A DNA stretch of 64,000 nucleotides, taken from NCBI GenBank assembly GCA_964016885.1, contig OZ024756.1:42904001-42968000 (forward strand), written 5' to 3'. The DNA comes from Eledone cirrhosa (taxonomy: Eukaryota). Under the pieces are notes generated by a model, which was given only the letters and a program-made list of their open reading frames with translations, was not told the DNA's origin and ran no database searches. Made by a program: the position numbers and the translations under genes. Of the stretch, positions 16,501-33,699 are shown piece by piece. The first letter of the stretch is position 1. The number at the start of each line of letters is the position of its first letter.

Positions 16501-19500
16501 CACTAGAGACAGATATTAGACACACACTAGAGACAGACATTGGACACACACTAGAGACAGACATTGGATACACACTAGAGACAGACATTGGACACACTAG
16601 AGACAGACATTGGGCACACACTCGAGACTGACATTGGACACACACTAGAGACAGACATTGGAGACACTAGAGACAGACATTGGACACACACACTAGTGAC
16701 AGACATCGGACACACACTAGAGACAGACATTGAACACACAGTAAAGACAGACATTGGACACACACTAGAGACAGACATTGGACACACTAGAGACAGACAT
16801 TGGACAGACACTAGAGACAGACATTGGACACACTAGAGACAGACATTGGACACACACTAGAGACAGACATTGGACACAGACACTAGAGAAAGACATTGGA
16901 CACACACTAGAGACAGACATTGGACACACACTAGAGACAGACATTGGAGACACACTAGAGAAAGACATTGGACACACACTAGAGACAGACATTGGACACA
17001 CACCAGAGACAGACATTGGACACACACCAGAGACAGACATTGGACACACACTAGAGACAGACATTGGACACACACAAGAGACAGACATTGGACACACACC
17101 AAAGACAGACATTGGACACACACAAGAGACAGTCATTGGACACACACTAGAGACAGACATTGGACACACACTAGAGACAGACATTGGACACACACTAGAG
17201 ACAGACATTGGACACACACACTAGAGACAGACATTGGAGACACACACTAGAGACAGACATTGGACACACACTAGAGACAGACATTGGACACACACCATAG
17301 TCAGACATTGGACACACACACTAGAGAAAGACATTGGACGCACAATAGAGACACACATTAGACACACACCAGAGACAGACATTGGACACACACTAGAGAC
17401 AGACGTTGGACACACACCAGAGACAGACATTGGACACACACTAGAGACAGACATTGGACACACACTAGAGACAGACATTGGACACACACTAGAGACAGAC
17501 ATTGGACACACACTAGAGACAGACATTGGAGACACACTAGAGACAGACATTGGACACACACTATAGACAGACATTGGACACACACTAGAGACAGACATTG
17601 GACACACACTAGAGACAGACATTGGAGACACACTAGAGACAGACATTGGACACACACTAGAGACAGACATTGGACACACACCAGAGACAGACATTGGACA
17701 CACACCAGAGAGAGACATTGGACACACACTAGAGACAGACATTGGACACACACTAGAGACAGACATTGGACACACACCAGAGACAGACATTGGACACACA
17801 CTAGAGAAAAACATTTGACACACACTAGAGACAGACATTGGACACACACACTAGAGACAGACATTGGACACACACTAGAGACAGACATTGGACACACACT
17901 AGAGACAGTCATTGGACACACACACTAGAGACATATATTAGACACACACTAGAGACAGACATTGGACACACATTAGAGACAGACGTTGGACACACATTAG
18001 AGACAGACATTGGACACACACTAGAGACAGACATTGGATACACACTAGAGACAGACATTGGACACACTAGAGACAGACATTGGGCACACACTCGAGACTG
18101 ACATTGGACACACACTAGAGACAGACATTGGAGACACTAGAGACAGACATTGGACACACACACTAGTGACAGACATCGGACACACACTAGAGACAGACAT
18201 TGAACACACAGTAAAGACAGACATTGGACACACACTAGAGACAGACATTGGACACACTAGAGACAGACATTGGACACACACTAGAGACAGACATTGGACA
18301 CACTAGAGACAGACATTGGACACACACTAGAGACAGACATTGGACACAGACACTAGAGAAAGACATTGGACACACACTAGAGACAGACATTGGACACACA
18401 CTAGAGACAGACATTGGACACACACTAGAGACAGACATTGGACACACACACTAGAGACAGACATTGGACACACTAGAGACAGACATTGGACACACACTAG
18501 AGACAGACATTGGACACACTAGAGACAGACATTGGACACACACCAAAGACAGACATTGGACACACACAAGAGACAGACATTGGACACACACCAGAGACAG
18601 ACATTGGACACACACTAGAGACAGACATTGGACACACACTAGAGACAGACATTGGACACACACACTAGAGACAGACATTGGATACACACTAGAGACAGAC
18701 ATTGGACACACATTAGAAACAGACATTGGACACACACCAGGGACAGACATTGGACACACACCAGAGACAGACATTGGACACACTAGAGACAGACATTGGA
18801 CACACTAGAGACAGACATTCGACATACACTCTAGAGACAGACATTGGAGACACACTAGAGACAGACATTGGACACACACTAGAGACAGACATTGGAGACA
18901 CACTAGAGACAGACATTGGACACACACCAGAGACAGACATTGGACACACACCAGAGACAGACATTGGACACACACTAGAGACAGACATTGGACACACACC
19001 AGAGACAGACATTGGAGACACACTAGAGACAGACATTGGACACACACTAGAGACAGACATTGGACACACACGCTAGAGACAGACATTGGACACACACACT
19101 AGAGACAGACATTGGACACACACTAGAGACAGACATTGGACACACACACTAGTGACAGACATTGGACGCACACTAGAGACAGACATTAGACACACATTAG
19201 AGACAGACATTCGACATACACTCTAGAGACAGACATTGGAGACACACTAGAGACAGACATTGGACACACACTAGAGACAGACATTGGACACACACGCTAG
19301 AGACAGACATTGGACACACACACTAGAGACAGACATTGGACACACACTAGAGACAGACATTGGACACACACACTAGTGACAGACATTGGACGCACACTAG
19401 AGACAGACATTAGACACACATTAGAGACAGACATTGGACACACACTAGAGACAGGCATTGGACACACACTAGAGAGAGACGTTGGACACACACTAGAGAC

Positions 19501-22500
19501 AGATATTGGACACAAACTAGAGAAAGACATTAGACACACATTAGAGACAGACATTGGACACACACTAGAGACAGACATTGGACACACACTAGAGACAGGC
19601 ATTGGACACACACTAGAGAGAGACATTGGACACACACTAGAGACTGACATTGGACACACGCTAGAGACAGACATTGTACACACACTAGAGACAGACATTG
19701 AACACACAGTAAAGACAGACATTGGACACACACTAGAGACAGACATTGGACACACATTAGAAACAGACATTGGACACACACCAGAGACAGACATTGGACA
19801 CACACCAGAAACAGACATTGGACACACTAGAGACAGACATTGGACACACTAGAGACAGACATTCGACATACACTCTAGAGACAGACATTGGAGACACACT
19901 AGAGACAGACATTGGACACACACTAGAGACAGACATTGGAGACACACTAGAGACAGACATTGGACACACACTAGAGACAGACATTGGACACACACCAGAG
20001 ACAGACATTGGACACACACCATAGACAGACATTGGACACACACTAGAGACAGACATTGGACACACACCAGAGACAGACATTGGACACACACTAGAGACAG
20101 ACATTGGACACACACTAGAGACAGACATTGGACACACACTAGAGACAGACATTGGACACACACGCTAGAGACAGACATTGGACACACACACTAGAGACAG
20201 ACATTGGACACACACTAGAGACAGACATTGGACACACACACTAGTGACAGACATTGGACACACACTAGAGACAGACATTAGACACACATTAGAGACAGAC
20301 ATTGGACACACACTAGAGACAGGCATTGGACACACACTAGAGAGAGACGTTGGACACACACTAGAGACAGATATTGGACACACACTAGAGAAAGACATTA
20401 GACACACATTAGAGACAGACATTGGACACACACTAGAGACAGACATTGGACACACACTAGAGACAGGCATTGGACACACACTAGAGAGAGACATTGGACA
20501 CACACTAGAGACTGACATTGGACACACGCTAGAGACAGACATTGTACACACACTAGAGACAGACATTGAACACACAGTAAAGACAGACATTGGACACACA
20601 CTAGAGACAGACATTGGACACACTAGAGACAGACATTGGACACACACTAGAGACAGACATTGGACACACACTAGAGACAGATATTGGACACACATTAGAG
20701 ACAGAGATTAGACACACACTAGAGACAGACATTGGACACACACTAGAGACAGACATTGGACACACACTAGAGACAGACATTGAACAAACACTATAGACAG
20801 ACATTGGACACACACTAAAGACAGACATTGGACACACACTAGAGACAGACATTGGAGACACACTAGAGACAGACATTGGACACACTAGAGACAGACATTG
20901 GACACACACTAGAGACAGACATTGTACACACTAGAGACAGACATTTGACACACACTAGAGACAGACGTTGGACACACACACTAGAGACAGACATTGGACA
21001 CACACTAGAGACAGACATTGGACACACTAGAGACAGACATTGGACACACACACTAGAGACAGACATTAGACACACACTAGAGACAGACATTGGACACACA
21101 CTAGGGACAGACATTGGAGACACACTAGAAAGAGACATTGAACATACACTAGAGACAGACATTGGACACACACTAGATACAGACATTGGACACACACCAG
21201 AGACAGACATTGGACACACACTAGAGACAGACATTGGAGACAGACATTGGACACACACCAGAGACAGACATTGGACACACACTAGAGACAGACATTGGAC
21301 AGACACTAGAGACAGACATTGGACACACACCAGAGACAGACATTGGACACACACTAGAGACAGACATTGGACACACACTAGAGACAGACATTGGACACAC
21401 ACTAGAGACAGACATTGGACACACACTAGAGACAGACATTGGACACACACTAGAGAAAAACTTTTGACACACACTAGAGACAGACATTGGACACACACAC
21501 TAGAGACAGACATTGGACACACACTAGAGACAGACATTGGACACACACACCAGAGACAGATATTAGACACACACTAGAGACAGACATTGGACACACACAC
21601 TAGGGACAGACATTGGACACACACTAGAGACAGACATTGGACACACACTAGAGACAGACATTGGATACACACTAGAGACAGACATTGGACACACTAGAGA
21701 CAGACATTGGGCACACACTCGAGACTGACATTGGACACACACTAGAGACAGACATTGGAGACACTAGAGACAGACATTGGACACACACACTAGTGACAGA
21801 CATCGGACACACACTAGAGACAGACATTGAACACACAGTAAAGACAGACATTGGACACACACTAGAGACAGACATTGGACACACTAGAGACAGACATTGG
21901 ACAGACACTAGAGACAGACATTGGACACACTAGAGACAGACATTGGACACACACTAGAGACAGACATTGGACACAGACACTAGAGAAAGACATTGGACAC
22001 ACACTAGAGACAGACATTGGACACACACTAGAGACAGACATTGGAGACACACTAGAGAAAGACATTGGACACACACTAGAGACAGACATTGGACACACAC
22101 CAGAGACAGACATTGGACACACACCAGAGACAGACATTGGACACACACTAGAGACAGACATTGGACACACACAAGAGACAGACATTGGACACACACCAAA
22201 GACAGACATTGGACACACACAAGAGACAGTCATTGGACACACACTAGAGACAGACATTGGACACACACTAGAGACAGACATTGGACACACACTAGAGACA
22301 GACATTGGACACACACACTAGAGACAGACATTGGAGACACACACTAGAGACAGACATTGGACACACACTAGAGACAGACATTGGACACACACCATAGTCA
22401 GACATTGGACACACACACTAGAGAAAGACATTGGACGCACAATAGAGACACACATTAGACACACACCAGAGACAGACATTGGACACACACTAGAGACAGA

Positions 22501-23514
22501 CGTTGGACACACACCAGAGACAGACATTGGACACACACTAGAGACAGACATTGGACACACACTAGAGACAGACATTGGACACACACTAGAGACAGACATT
22601 GGACACACACTAGAGACAGACATTGGAGACACACTAGAGACAGACATTGGACACACACTATAGACAGACATTGGACACACACTAGAGACAGACATTGGAC
22701 ACACACTAGAGACAGACATTGGAGACACACTAGAGACAGACATTGGACACACACTAGAGACAGACATTGGACACACACCAGAGACAGACATTGGACACAC
22801 ACCAGAGAGAGACATTGGACACACACTAGAGACAGACATTGGACACACACTAGAGACAGACATTGGACACACACCAGAGACAGACATTGGACACACACTA
22901 GAGAAAAACATTTGACACACACTAGAGACAGACATTGGACACACACACTAGAGACAGACATTGGACACACACTAGAGACAGACATTGGACACACACTAGA
23001 GACAGTCATTGGACACACACACTAGAGACATATATTAGACACACACTAGAGACAGACATTGGACACACATTAGAGACAGACGTTGGACACACATTAGAGA
23101 CAGACATTGGACACACACTAGAGACAGACATTGGATACACACTAGAGACAGACATTGGACACACTAGAGACAGACATTGGGCACACACTCGAGACTGACA
23201 TTGGACACACACTAGAGACAGACATTGGAGACACTAGAGACAGACATTGGACACACACACTAGTGACAGACATCGGACACACACTAGAGACAGACATTGA
23301 ACACACAGTAAAGACAGACATTGGACACACACTAGAGACAGACATTGGACACACTAGAGACAGACATTGGACACACACTAGAGACAGACATTGGACACAC
23401 TAGAGACAGACATTGGACACACACTAGAGACAGACATTGGACACAGACACTAGAGAAAGACATTGGACACACACTAGAGACAGACATTGGACACACACTA
23501 GAGACAGACATTGG
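13497..23514. repeat. ~5.0-5.1 kb tandem duplication (copy 1 ~13497-18417, copy 2 ~18520-23514)
   Basis: Offset 5023 for ORFs 13703/18726, 14287/19310, 15155/20178 and 15853/20876. Offset 5097 for 16588/21685, 17234/22331 and 18058/23155. Markers CCAGGGAC at 13714/18737 and TTCGACATACACTCTAG at 13795/18818. Confidence 0.92.
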
Positions 23515-24590
23515 AGACACACTAGAGAAAGACATTGGACACACACTAGAGACAGACATTGGACACACACCAGAGACAGACATTGGACACACACCAGAGA
23601 CAGACATTGGACACACACTAGAGACAGACATTGGACACACACAAGAGACAGACATTGGACACACACCAAAGACAGACATTGGACACACACAAGAGACAGT
23701 CATTGGACACACACTAGAGACAGACATTGGACACACACTAGAGACAGACATTGGACACACACTAGAGACAGACATTGGACACACACACTAGAGACAGACA
23801 TTGGAGACACACACTAGAGACAGACATTGGACACACACTAGAGACAGACATTGGACACACACCATAGTCAGACATTGGACACACACACTAGAGAAAGACA
23901 TTGGACGCACAATAGAGACACACATTAGACACACACCAGAGACAGACATTGGACACACACTAGAGACAGACGTTGGACACACACCAGAGACAGACATTGG
24001 ACACACACTAGAGACAGACATTGGACACACACTAGAGACAGACATTGGACACACACTAGAGACAGACATTGGACACACACTAGAGAGAGACATTGGAGAC
24101 ACACTAGAGACAGACATTGGACACACACTATAGACAGACATTGGACACACACTAGAGACAGACATTGGACACACACTAGAGACAGACATTGGACACACAC
24201 TAGAGACAGACATTGGACACACACCAGAGACAGACATTGGACACACACCAGAGAGAGACATTGGACACACACTAGAGACAGACATTGGACACACACTAGA
24301 GACAGACATTGGACACACACCAGAGACAGACATTGGACACACACTAGAGAAAAACATTTGACACACACTAGAGACAGACATTGGACACACACACTAGAGA
24401 CAGACATTGGACACACACTAGAGACAGACATTGGACACACACTAGAGACAGTCATTGGACACACACACTAGAGACATATATTAGACACACACTAGAGACA
24501 GACATTGGACACACATTAGAGACAGACGTTGGACACACATTAGAGACAGACATTGGACACACACTAGAGACAGACATTGGACACACACTA
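21650..24590. repeat. 1470-bp tandem unit (2 copies; related copies at ~16560-18030 and ~26370-27680)
   Basis: ORFs 21685/23155, 21875/23345 and 22331/23801 at offset 1470. Marker CCATAGTCAG at 17295, 22392, 23862 and 27042. Confidence 0.88.
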
Positions 24591-27500
24591 GAGACAGACA
24601 TTGGACACACACTAGTGACAGACATTGGACACACACTAGAGAAAAACATTTGACACACACTAGAGACAGACATTGGACACACACACTAGAGACAGTCATT
24701 GGACACACACTAGAGACAGACATTGGACACACACTAGAGACAGACATTGGACACACACACTAGAGACATATATTAGACACACACTAGCGACAGACATTGG
24801 ACACACACACTAGGGTCAGACATTGGACACACACTAGAGACAGACATTGGATACACACTAGAGACAGACATTGGACACACTAGAGACATACATTGGGCAC
24901 ACACTAGAGACTGACATTGGACACACACTAGAGACAGACATTGGAGACACTAGAGATAGACATTGGACACACACACTAGTGACAGACATTGGACACACAC
25001 TAGAGAAAGACATTAGACACACATTAGAGACAGACATTGGACACACACTAGAGACAGACATTGGACACACACTAGAGACAGGCATTGGACACACACTAGA
25101 GAGAGACATTGGACACACACTAGAGACTGACATTGGACACACGCTAGAGACAGACATTGTACACACACTAGAGACAGACATTGAACACACAGTAAAGACA
25201 GACATTGGACACACACTAGAGACAGACATTGGACACACTAGAGACAGACATTGGACACACACTAGAGACAGACATTGGACACACACTAGAGACAGATATT
25301 GGACACACATTAGAGACAGAGATTAGACACACACTAGAGACAGACATTGGACACACACTAGAGACAGACATTGGACACACACTAGAGACAGACATTGAAC
25401 AAACACTATAGACAGACATTGGACACACACTAGAGACAGACATTGGACACACACTAGAGACAGACATTGGAGACACACTAGAGACAGACATTGGACACAC
25501 TAGAGACAGACATTGGACACACACTAGAGACAGACATTGTACACACTAGAGACAGACATTTGACACACACTAGAGACAGACGTTGGACACACACACTAGA
25601 GACAGACATTGGACACACACTAGAGACAGACATTGGACACACTAGAGACAGACATTGGACACACACACTAGAGACAGACATTAGACACACACTAGAGACA
25701 GACATTGGACACACACTAGGGACAGACATTGGAGACACACTAGAATGAGACATTGGACACACACCAGAGACAAACATTGGACACACACTAGAGACAGACA
25801 TTGGAGACAGACATTGGACACACACCAGAGACAGACATTGGACACACACTAGAGACAGACATTGGACAGACACTAGAGACAGACATTGGACACACACCAG
25901 AGACAGACATTGGACACACACTAGATACAGACATTGGACACACACCAGAGACAAACATTGGACACACACTAGAGACAGACATTGGAGACAGACATTGGAC
26001 ACACACCAGAGACAGACATTGGACACACACTAGAGACAGACATTGGACAGACACTAGAGACAGACATTGGACACACACCAGAGACAGACATTGGACACAC
26101 ACTAGAGACAGACATTGGACACACACTAGAGACAGACATTGGACACACACTAGAGAAAAACTTTTGACACACACTAGAGACAGACATTGGACACACACTA
26201 GAGACAGACATTGGACACACACTAGAGACAGACATTGGACACACACACTAGAGACAGATATTAGACACACACTAGAGACAGACATTGGACACACACACTA
26301 GGGACAGACATTGGACACACACTAGAGACAGACATTGGACACACACTAGAGACAGACATTGGATACACACTAGAGACAGACATTGGACACACTAGAGACA
26401 GACATTGGGCACACACTCGAGACTGACATTGGACACACACTAGTGACAGACATCGGACACACACTAGAGACAGACATTGAACACACAGTAAAGACAGACA
26501 TTGGACACACACTAGAGACAGACATTGGACACACTAGAGACAGACATTGGACACACACTAGAGACAGACATTGGACACACTAGAGACAGACATTGGACAC
26601 ACACTAGAGACAGACATTGGACACAGACACTAGAGAAAGACATTGGACACACACTAGAGACAGACATTGGACACACACTAGAGACAGACATTGGAGACAC
26701 ACTAGAGAAAGACATTGGACACACACTAGAGACAGACATTGGACACACACCAGAGACAGACATTGGACACACACCAGAGACAGACATTGGACACACACTA
26801 GAGACAGACATTGGACACACACTAGAGACAGACATTGGACACACACTAAAGACAGACATTGGACACACACAAGAGACAGTCATTGGACACACACTAGAGA
26901 CAGACATTGGACACACACTAGAGACAGACATTGAACACACACTAGAGACAGACATTGGACACACACACTAGAGACAGACATTGGAGACACACACTAGAGA
27001 CAGACATTGGACACACACTAGGGACAGACATTGGACACACACCATAGTCAGACATTGGACACACACACTAGAGAAAGACATTGGACGCACAATAGAGACA
27101 CACATTAGACACACACCAGAGACAGACATTGGACACACACTAGAGACAGACGTTGGACACACACCAGAGACAGACATTGGACACACACTAGAGACAGACA
27201 TTGGACACACACTAGAGACAGACATTGGACACACACTAGAGACAGACATTGGACACACACTAGAGACAGACATTGGAGACACACTAGAGACAGACATTGG
27301 ACACACACTATAGACAGACATTGGAAACACACTAGAGACAGACATTGGACACACACTAGAGACAGACATTGGAGACACACTAGAGACAGACATTGGACAC
27401 ACACTAGAGACAGACATTGGACACACACCAGAGACAGACATTGGACACACACCAGAGAGAGACATTGGACACACACTAGAGACAGACATTGGACACACAC

Positions 27501-27909
27501 TAGAGACAGACATTGGACACACACCAGAGACAGACATTGGACACACACTAGAGAAAAACATTTGACACACACTAGAGACAGACATTGGACACACACACTA
27601 GAGACAGACATTGGACACACACTAGAGACAGACATTGGACACACACTAGAGACAGTCATTGGACACACACTAGAGACAGACATTGGACACACACTAGAGA
27701 CAGACATTGGACACACACTAGAGACAGACATTGGACACACACCAGAGACAGACATTGGACACAAACCAGAGACAGACATTGGACACACACTAGAGACAGA
27801 CATTGGACACACACTAGAGACAGACGTTGGACACACACCAAAGACAGACATTGGACACACACAAGAGACCGACATTGGACACACACTAGAGACAGACATT
27901 GGACACACA

Positions 27910-28244
27910 CTAGAGACAGACATTGGACACACATTAGAGACAGACGTTGGACACACATTAGAGACAGACATTGGACACACACTAGAGACAGACATTGGAC
28001 ACACACTAGAGACAGACATTGGACACACACTAGTGACAGACATTGGACACACACTAGAAAAAACATTTGACACACACTAGAGACAGACATTGGACACACA
28101 TTAGAGACAGACGTTGGACACACATTAGAGACAGACATTGGACACACACTAGAGACAGACATTGGACACACACTAGAGACAGACATTGGACACACACTAG
28201 TGACAGACATTGGACACACACTAGAAAAAACATTTGACACACAC
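27910..28244. repeat. 167-bp local tandem duplication (7 monomers, one shortened to 23 bp)
   Basis: The variant CTAGAAAAAACATTTGA occurs at 28054 and 28221 with the same preceding monomer variants. Confidence 0.85.
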
Positions 28245-31200
28245 TAGAGACAGACATTGGACACACACACTAGAGACATACATTGGACACACACTAGAGA
28301 CAGACATTGGACACACACTAGAGACAGACATTGGACACACACACTAGAGACATATATTAGACACACACTAGCGACAGACATTGGACACACACACTAGGGT
28401 CAGACATTGGACACACACTAGAGACAGACATTGGATACACACTAGAGACAGACATTGGACACACTAGAGACATACATTGGGCACACACTAGAGACTGACA
28501 TTGGACACACACTAGAGACAGACATTGGAGACACTAGAGATAGACATTGGACACACACACTAGTGACAGACATTGGACACACACTAGAGACAGACATTGG
28601 ACACACACTAGAGACAGACATTGGATACACACTAGAGACAGACATTTGACACACTAGAGACAGACATTGGGAACACACTAGAGACTGACATTGGACACAC
28701 ACTAGAGACAGACATTGGAGACACTAGAGACAGACATTGGACACACACACTAGTGACAGACATTGGACACACACTAGAGACAGACATTGAACACACAGTA
28801 AAGACAGACATTGGACACACACTAGAGACAGACATTGGACACACTAGAGACAGACATTGGACACACACTAGAGACAGACATTGGACACACACTAGAGACA
28901 GATATTGGACACACATTAGAGACAGAGATTAGACACACACTAGAGACAGACATTGGACACACACTAGAGACAGACATTGGACACACACTAGAGACAGACA
29001 TTGGACACACACTAGTGACAGACATTGGACACACACCAGAGTCAGATATTGGACACACACACTAGAGAAAGACATTGGATACACAATAGAGACAGACATT
29101 AGACACACACCAGAGACAGACATTGGACACACACTAGAGACAGACATTGGACACACACCAGAGACAGACATTTGACACACACTAGAGACAGACATTGGAC
29201 ACACACTAGAGACAGACATTGGACACACACTAGAGACAGACATTGGACACACACTAGAGAAAAACATTTGACACACACTAGAGACAGACATTGGACACAC
29301 ACACTAGTGACAGACATTGGACACACACTAGAGACAGACATTGGACACACACTAGAGACAGACATTGGACACACACACTAGAGACAGACATTAGACACAC
29401 ACTAGAGACAGACATTGGACACACACACTAGGGACAGACATTGGAGACACACTAGATACAGACATTGGACACACACTAGAGACAGACATTGGACACACAC
29501 TAGAGACAGGCATTGGACACACACCAGAGACAGACATTGGACACACACTAGAAACAGACATTGGAGACACACTAGGGACAGACATTGGAAACACACTAGA
29601 GACAGTCATTTGACACACACTAGAGACAGACATTGGACACACACTAGAGACAGACATTGGACACACACTAGAGACAGACATTGGACACACACCAGAGACA
29701 GACATTGGACACAAACCAGAGACAGACATTGGACACACACTAGAGACAGACATTGGACACACACTAGAGACAGACATTGGACACACACTAGAGACAGACG
29801 TTGGACACACACCAAAGACAGACATTGGACACACACAAGAGACCGACATTGGACACACACTAGAGACAGACATTGGACACACACTAGAGACAGACATTGG
29901 ACACACTAGAGACAGACATTGGACACACTAGAGACAGACATTGGTCACACACTAGAGACAGACATTGGACACACACTAGAGACAGACATTGGACACACTA
30001 GAGACAGACATTGGACACACCATAGACAGACATTGGACACACACTAGAGACAGACATTGGACACACACTAGAGACAGACATTGGACACACACCAGAGACA
30101 GACATTGGACACACACTAGAGACAGACATTGGACACACACTAGAGACAGACATTGGACACACACGCTAGAGACAGACATTGGACACACACACTAGAGACA
30201 GACATTGGACACACACTAGAGACAGACATTGGATACACACTAGAGACAGACATCGGACACACTAGAGACAGACATTGGGCACACACTAGAGACTGACATT
30301 GGACACACACTAGAGACAGACATTGGAGACACTAGAGACAGACATTGGACACACACACTAGTGACAGACATTGGACACACACTAGAGACAGACATTGAAC
30401 ACACACCAAAGACAGACATTGGACACACACAAGAGACAGACATTGGACACACACTAGAGACAGACATTGGACACACACTAGAGACAGCATTGGACACACA
30501 CTAGAGACAGACATTCGACACACACACTAGAGACAGACATTGGACACACACACTAGAGACTGACATTGGACACACACACTAGAGACAGATATTGGATACA
30601 CACTAGAGATAGACATTGGACACACATTAGAAACAGACATTGGACACACACCAGAGACAGACATTGGACACACACTAGAGAGGGACATTAGACACACTAG
30701 AGACAGACATTGGACACACACTAGAGACAGACATTGTACACACTAGAGACAGACATTGGACACACACTAGAGACAGATATTGGACACACATTAGAGACAG
30801 AGATTAGACACACACTATAGACAGACATTGGACACACACTAGAGACAGACATTGGACACACACTAGAGACAGACATTGGACACACACTAGAGACAGACAT
30901 TGGACACACACTAGAGACAGATATTGGACACACACTAGAGACAGACATTGGACACACTAGAGACAGACATTGGACACACACACTAGAGACAGACATTAGA
31001 CACACACTAGAGACAGACATTGGACACACACTAGGGACAGACATTGGAGACACACTAGAAAGAGACATTGGACATACACTAGAGACAGACATTGGACACA
31101 CACTAGATACAGACATTGGACACACACCAGAGACAGACATTGGACACACACTAGAGACAGACATTGGAGACACACTAGAGACAGACATTGGACACACACT

Positions 31201-33699
31201 ATAGACAGACATTGGACACACACTAGAGACAGACATTGGACACACACTAGAGACAGACATTGGAGACACACTAGAGACAGACATTGGACAGACACTAGAG
31301 ACAGACATTGGACACACACCAGAGACAGACATTGGACACACACTAGAGACAGACATTGGACACACACTAGAGACAGACATTGGACACACACTAGAGACAG
31401 ACATTGGACACACACTAGAGAAAAACATTTGACACACACTAGAGACAGACATTGGACACACACACTAGAGACAGACATTGGACACACAATAGAGACAGAC
31501 GTTGGACACACACTAGAGACAGACATTGGACACACACACTAGAGACATATATTAGACACACACTAGAGACAGACATTGGACACACACACTAGGGACAGAC
31601 ATTGGACACACACTAGAGACAGACATTGGATACATACTAGAGACAGACATTAGACACACACTAGAGACAGACATTGGACACACACCAAAGACAGACATTG
31701 GAGACACACTAGATACAGACATTGGACACACACTAGATACAGACATTGGAGACACTAGAGACAGACATTGGACACACACACTAGTGACAGACATTGGACA
31801 CACACTAGAGACAGACATTGGACACACACTAGAGACAGACATTGGATACACACTAGAGACAGACATTGGACACACTAGAGACAGACATTGGGCACACACT
31901 AGAGACTGACATTGGACACACACTAGAGACAGACATTGGAGACACACTAGAGAAAGACATTGGACACACACTAGAGACAGACATTGGATACACACCAGAG
32001 ACAGACATTGGCCACACACCAGAGACAGACATTGGACACACACTAGAGACAGACATTGGACACACACTAGAGACAGACATTGGACACACACTAGAGACAG
32101 ACATTGGACACACACTAGAGACAGATATTGGACACACACTAGAGACAGACATTGGAGACACACTAGAGACAGACATTGGACACACACTAGAGACAGACAT
32201 TGGACACACACACTAGTGACAGACATTGGACACACACTAGAGACAGACATTGAACACACAGAAAAGACAGACATTGGACACACCCTAGAGACAGACATTG
32301 GACACACTAGAGACAGACATTGGACACACACTAGAGACAGACATTGGACACACACTAGAGACAGACATTGGACACACACTAGAGACAGACATTGGAGACA
32401 CACTAGAGAAAGACCTTGGACACACACTAGAGACAGACATTGGACACACACCAGAGACAGACATTGGACACACACCAGAGACAGACATTGGACACACACT
32501 AGAGACAGACATTGGACACACACTAGAGACAGACATTGGACACACACCAAAGACAGACATTGGACACACACAAGAGACAGACATTGGACACACACTAGAG
32601 ACAGACATTGGACACACACTAGAGACAGACATTGGACACACACTAGAGACAGACATTGGATACACACTAGAGACAGACATTGGACACTCTAGAGACAGAC
32701 ATTGTGCACACACTAGAGACTGACATTGGACACACACTAGAGACAGACATTGGAGACACTAGAGACAGACATTGGACACACACACTAGTGACAGACATTG
32801 GACACACACTAGAGACAGACATTGAACACACAGTAAAGACAGACATTGGACACACACTAGAGACAGACATTGGACACACTAGAGACAGACATTGGACACA
32901 TACTAGAGACAGACATTGGACACACACTAGAGACAGACATTGGACACACACTAGAGACAGACATTGGAGACACACTAGAGAAAGACATTGGACACACACT
33001 AGAGACAGACATTGGACACACACCGGAGACAGACATTGGACACACACCAGAGACAGGCATTGGATACACACTAGAGACAGACATTGGACACACACTAGAG
33101 ACAGACATTGGACAAAAACCAAAGGCAGACATTGGACACACACAAGAGACAGACATTGGACACACACTAGAGACAGACATTGGACACACACTAGAGACAG
33201 ACATTGGATACACACACTAGAGACAGACATTGGACACACACACTAGAGACAGACATTGGACACACACACTCGAGACAGACATTGGATACACACTAGAGAC
33301 AGACATTGGACACACATTAGAAACAGACATTGGACACACACCAGACACAGACATTGGACACACACTAGAGACAGACATTGGACACACTAGAGACAGACAT
33401 TGGACATACACTCTAGAGTCAGACATTGGAGACACACTAGAGACAGACATTGGACACACACTAGAGACAGACATAGGTGACACACTAGAGACAGACATTG
33501 GACACACACTAGAGACAGACATTGGACACACACCAGAGACAGACATTGGACACACACCAGAGACAGACATTCGACACATACTAGAGACATACATTGGACA
33601 CACACTAGAGACAGACATTGGACACACACCAGAGACAGACATTGGACACACACTAGAGACAGACATTGGACACACACTAGAGACAGACATTGGACACAC

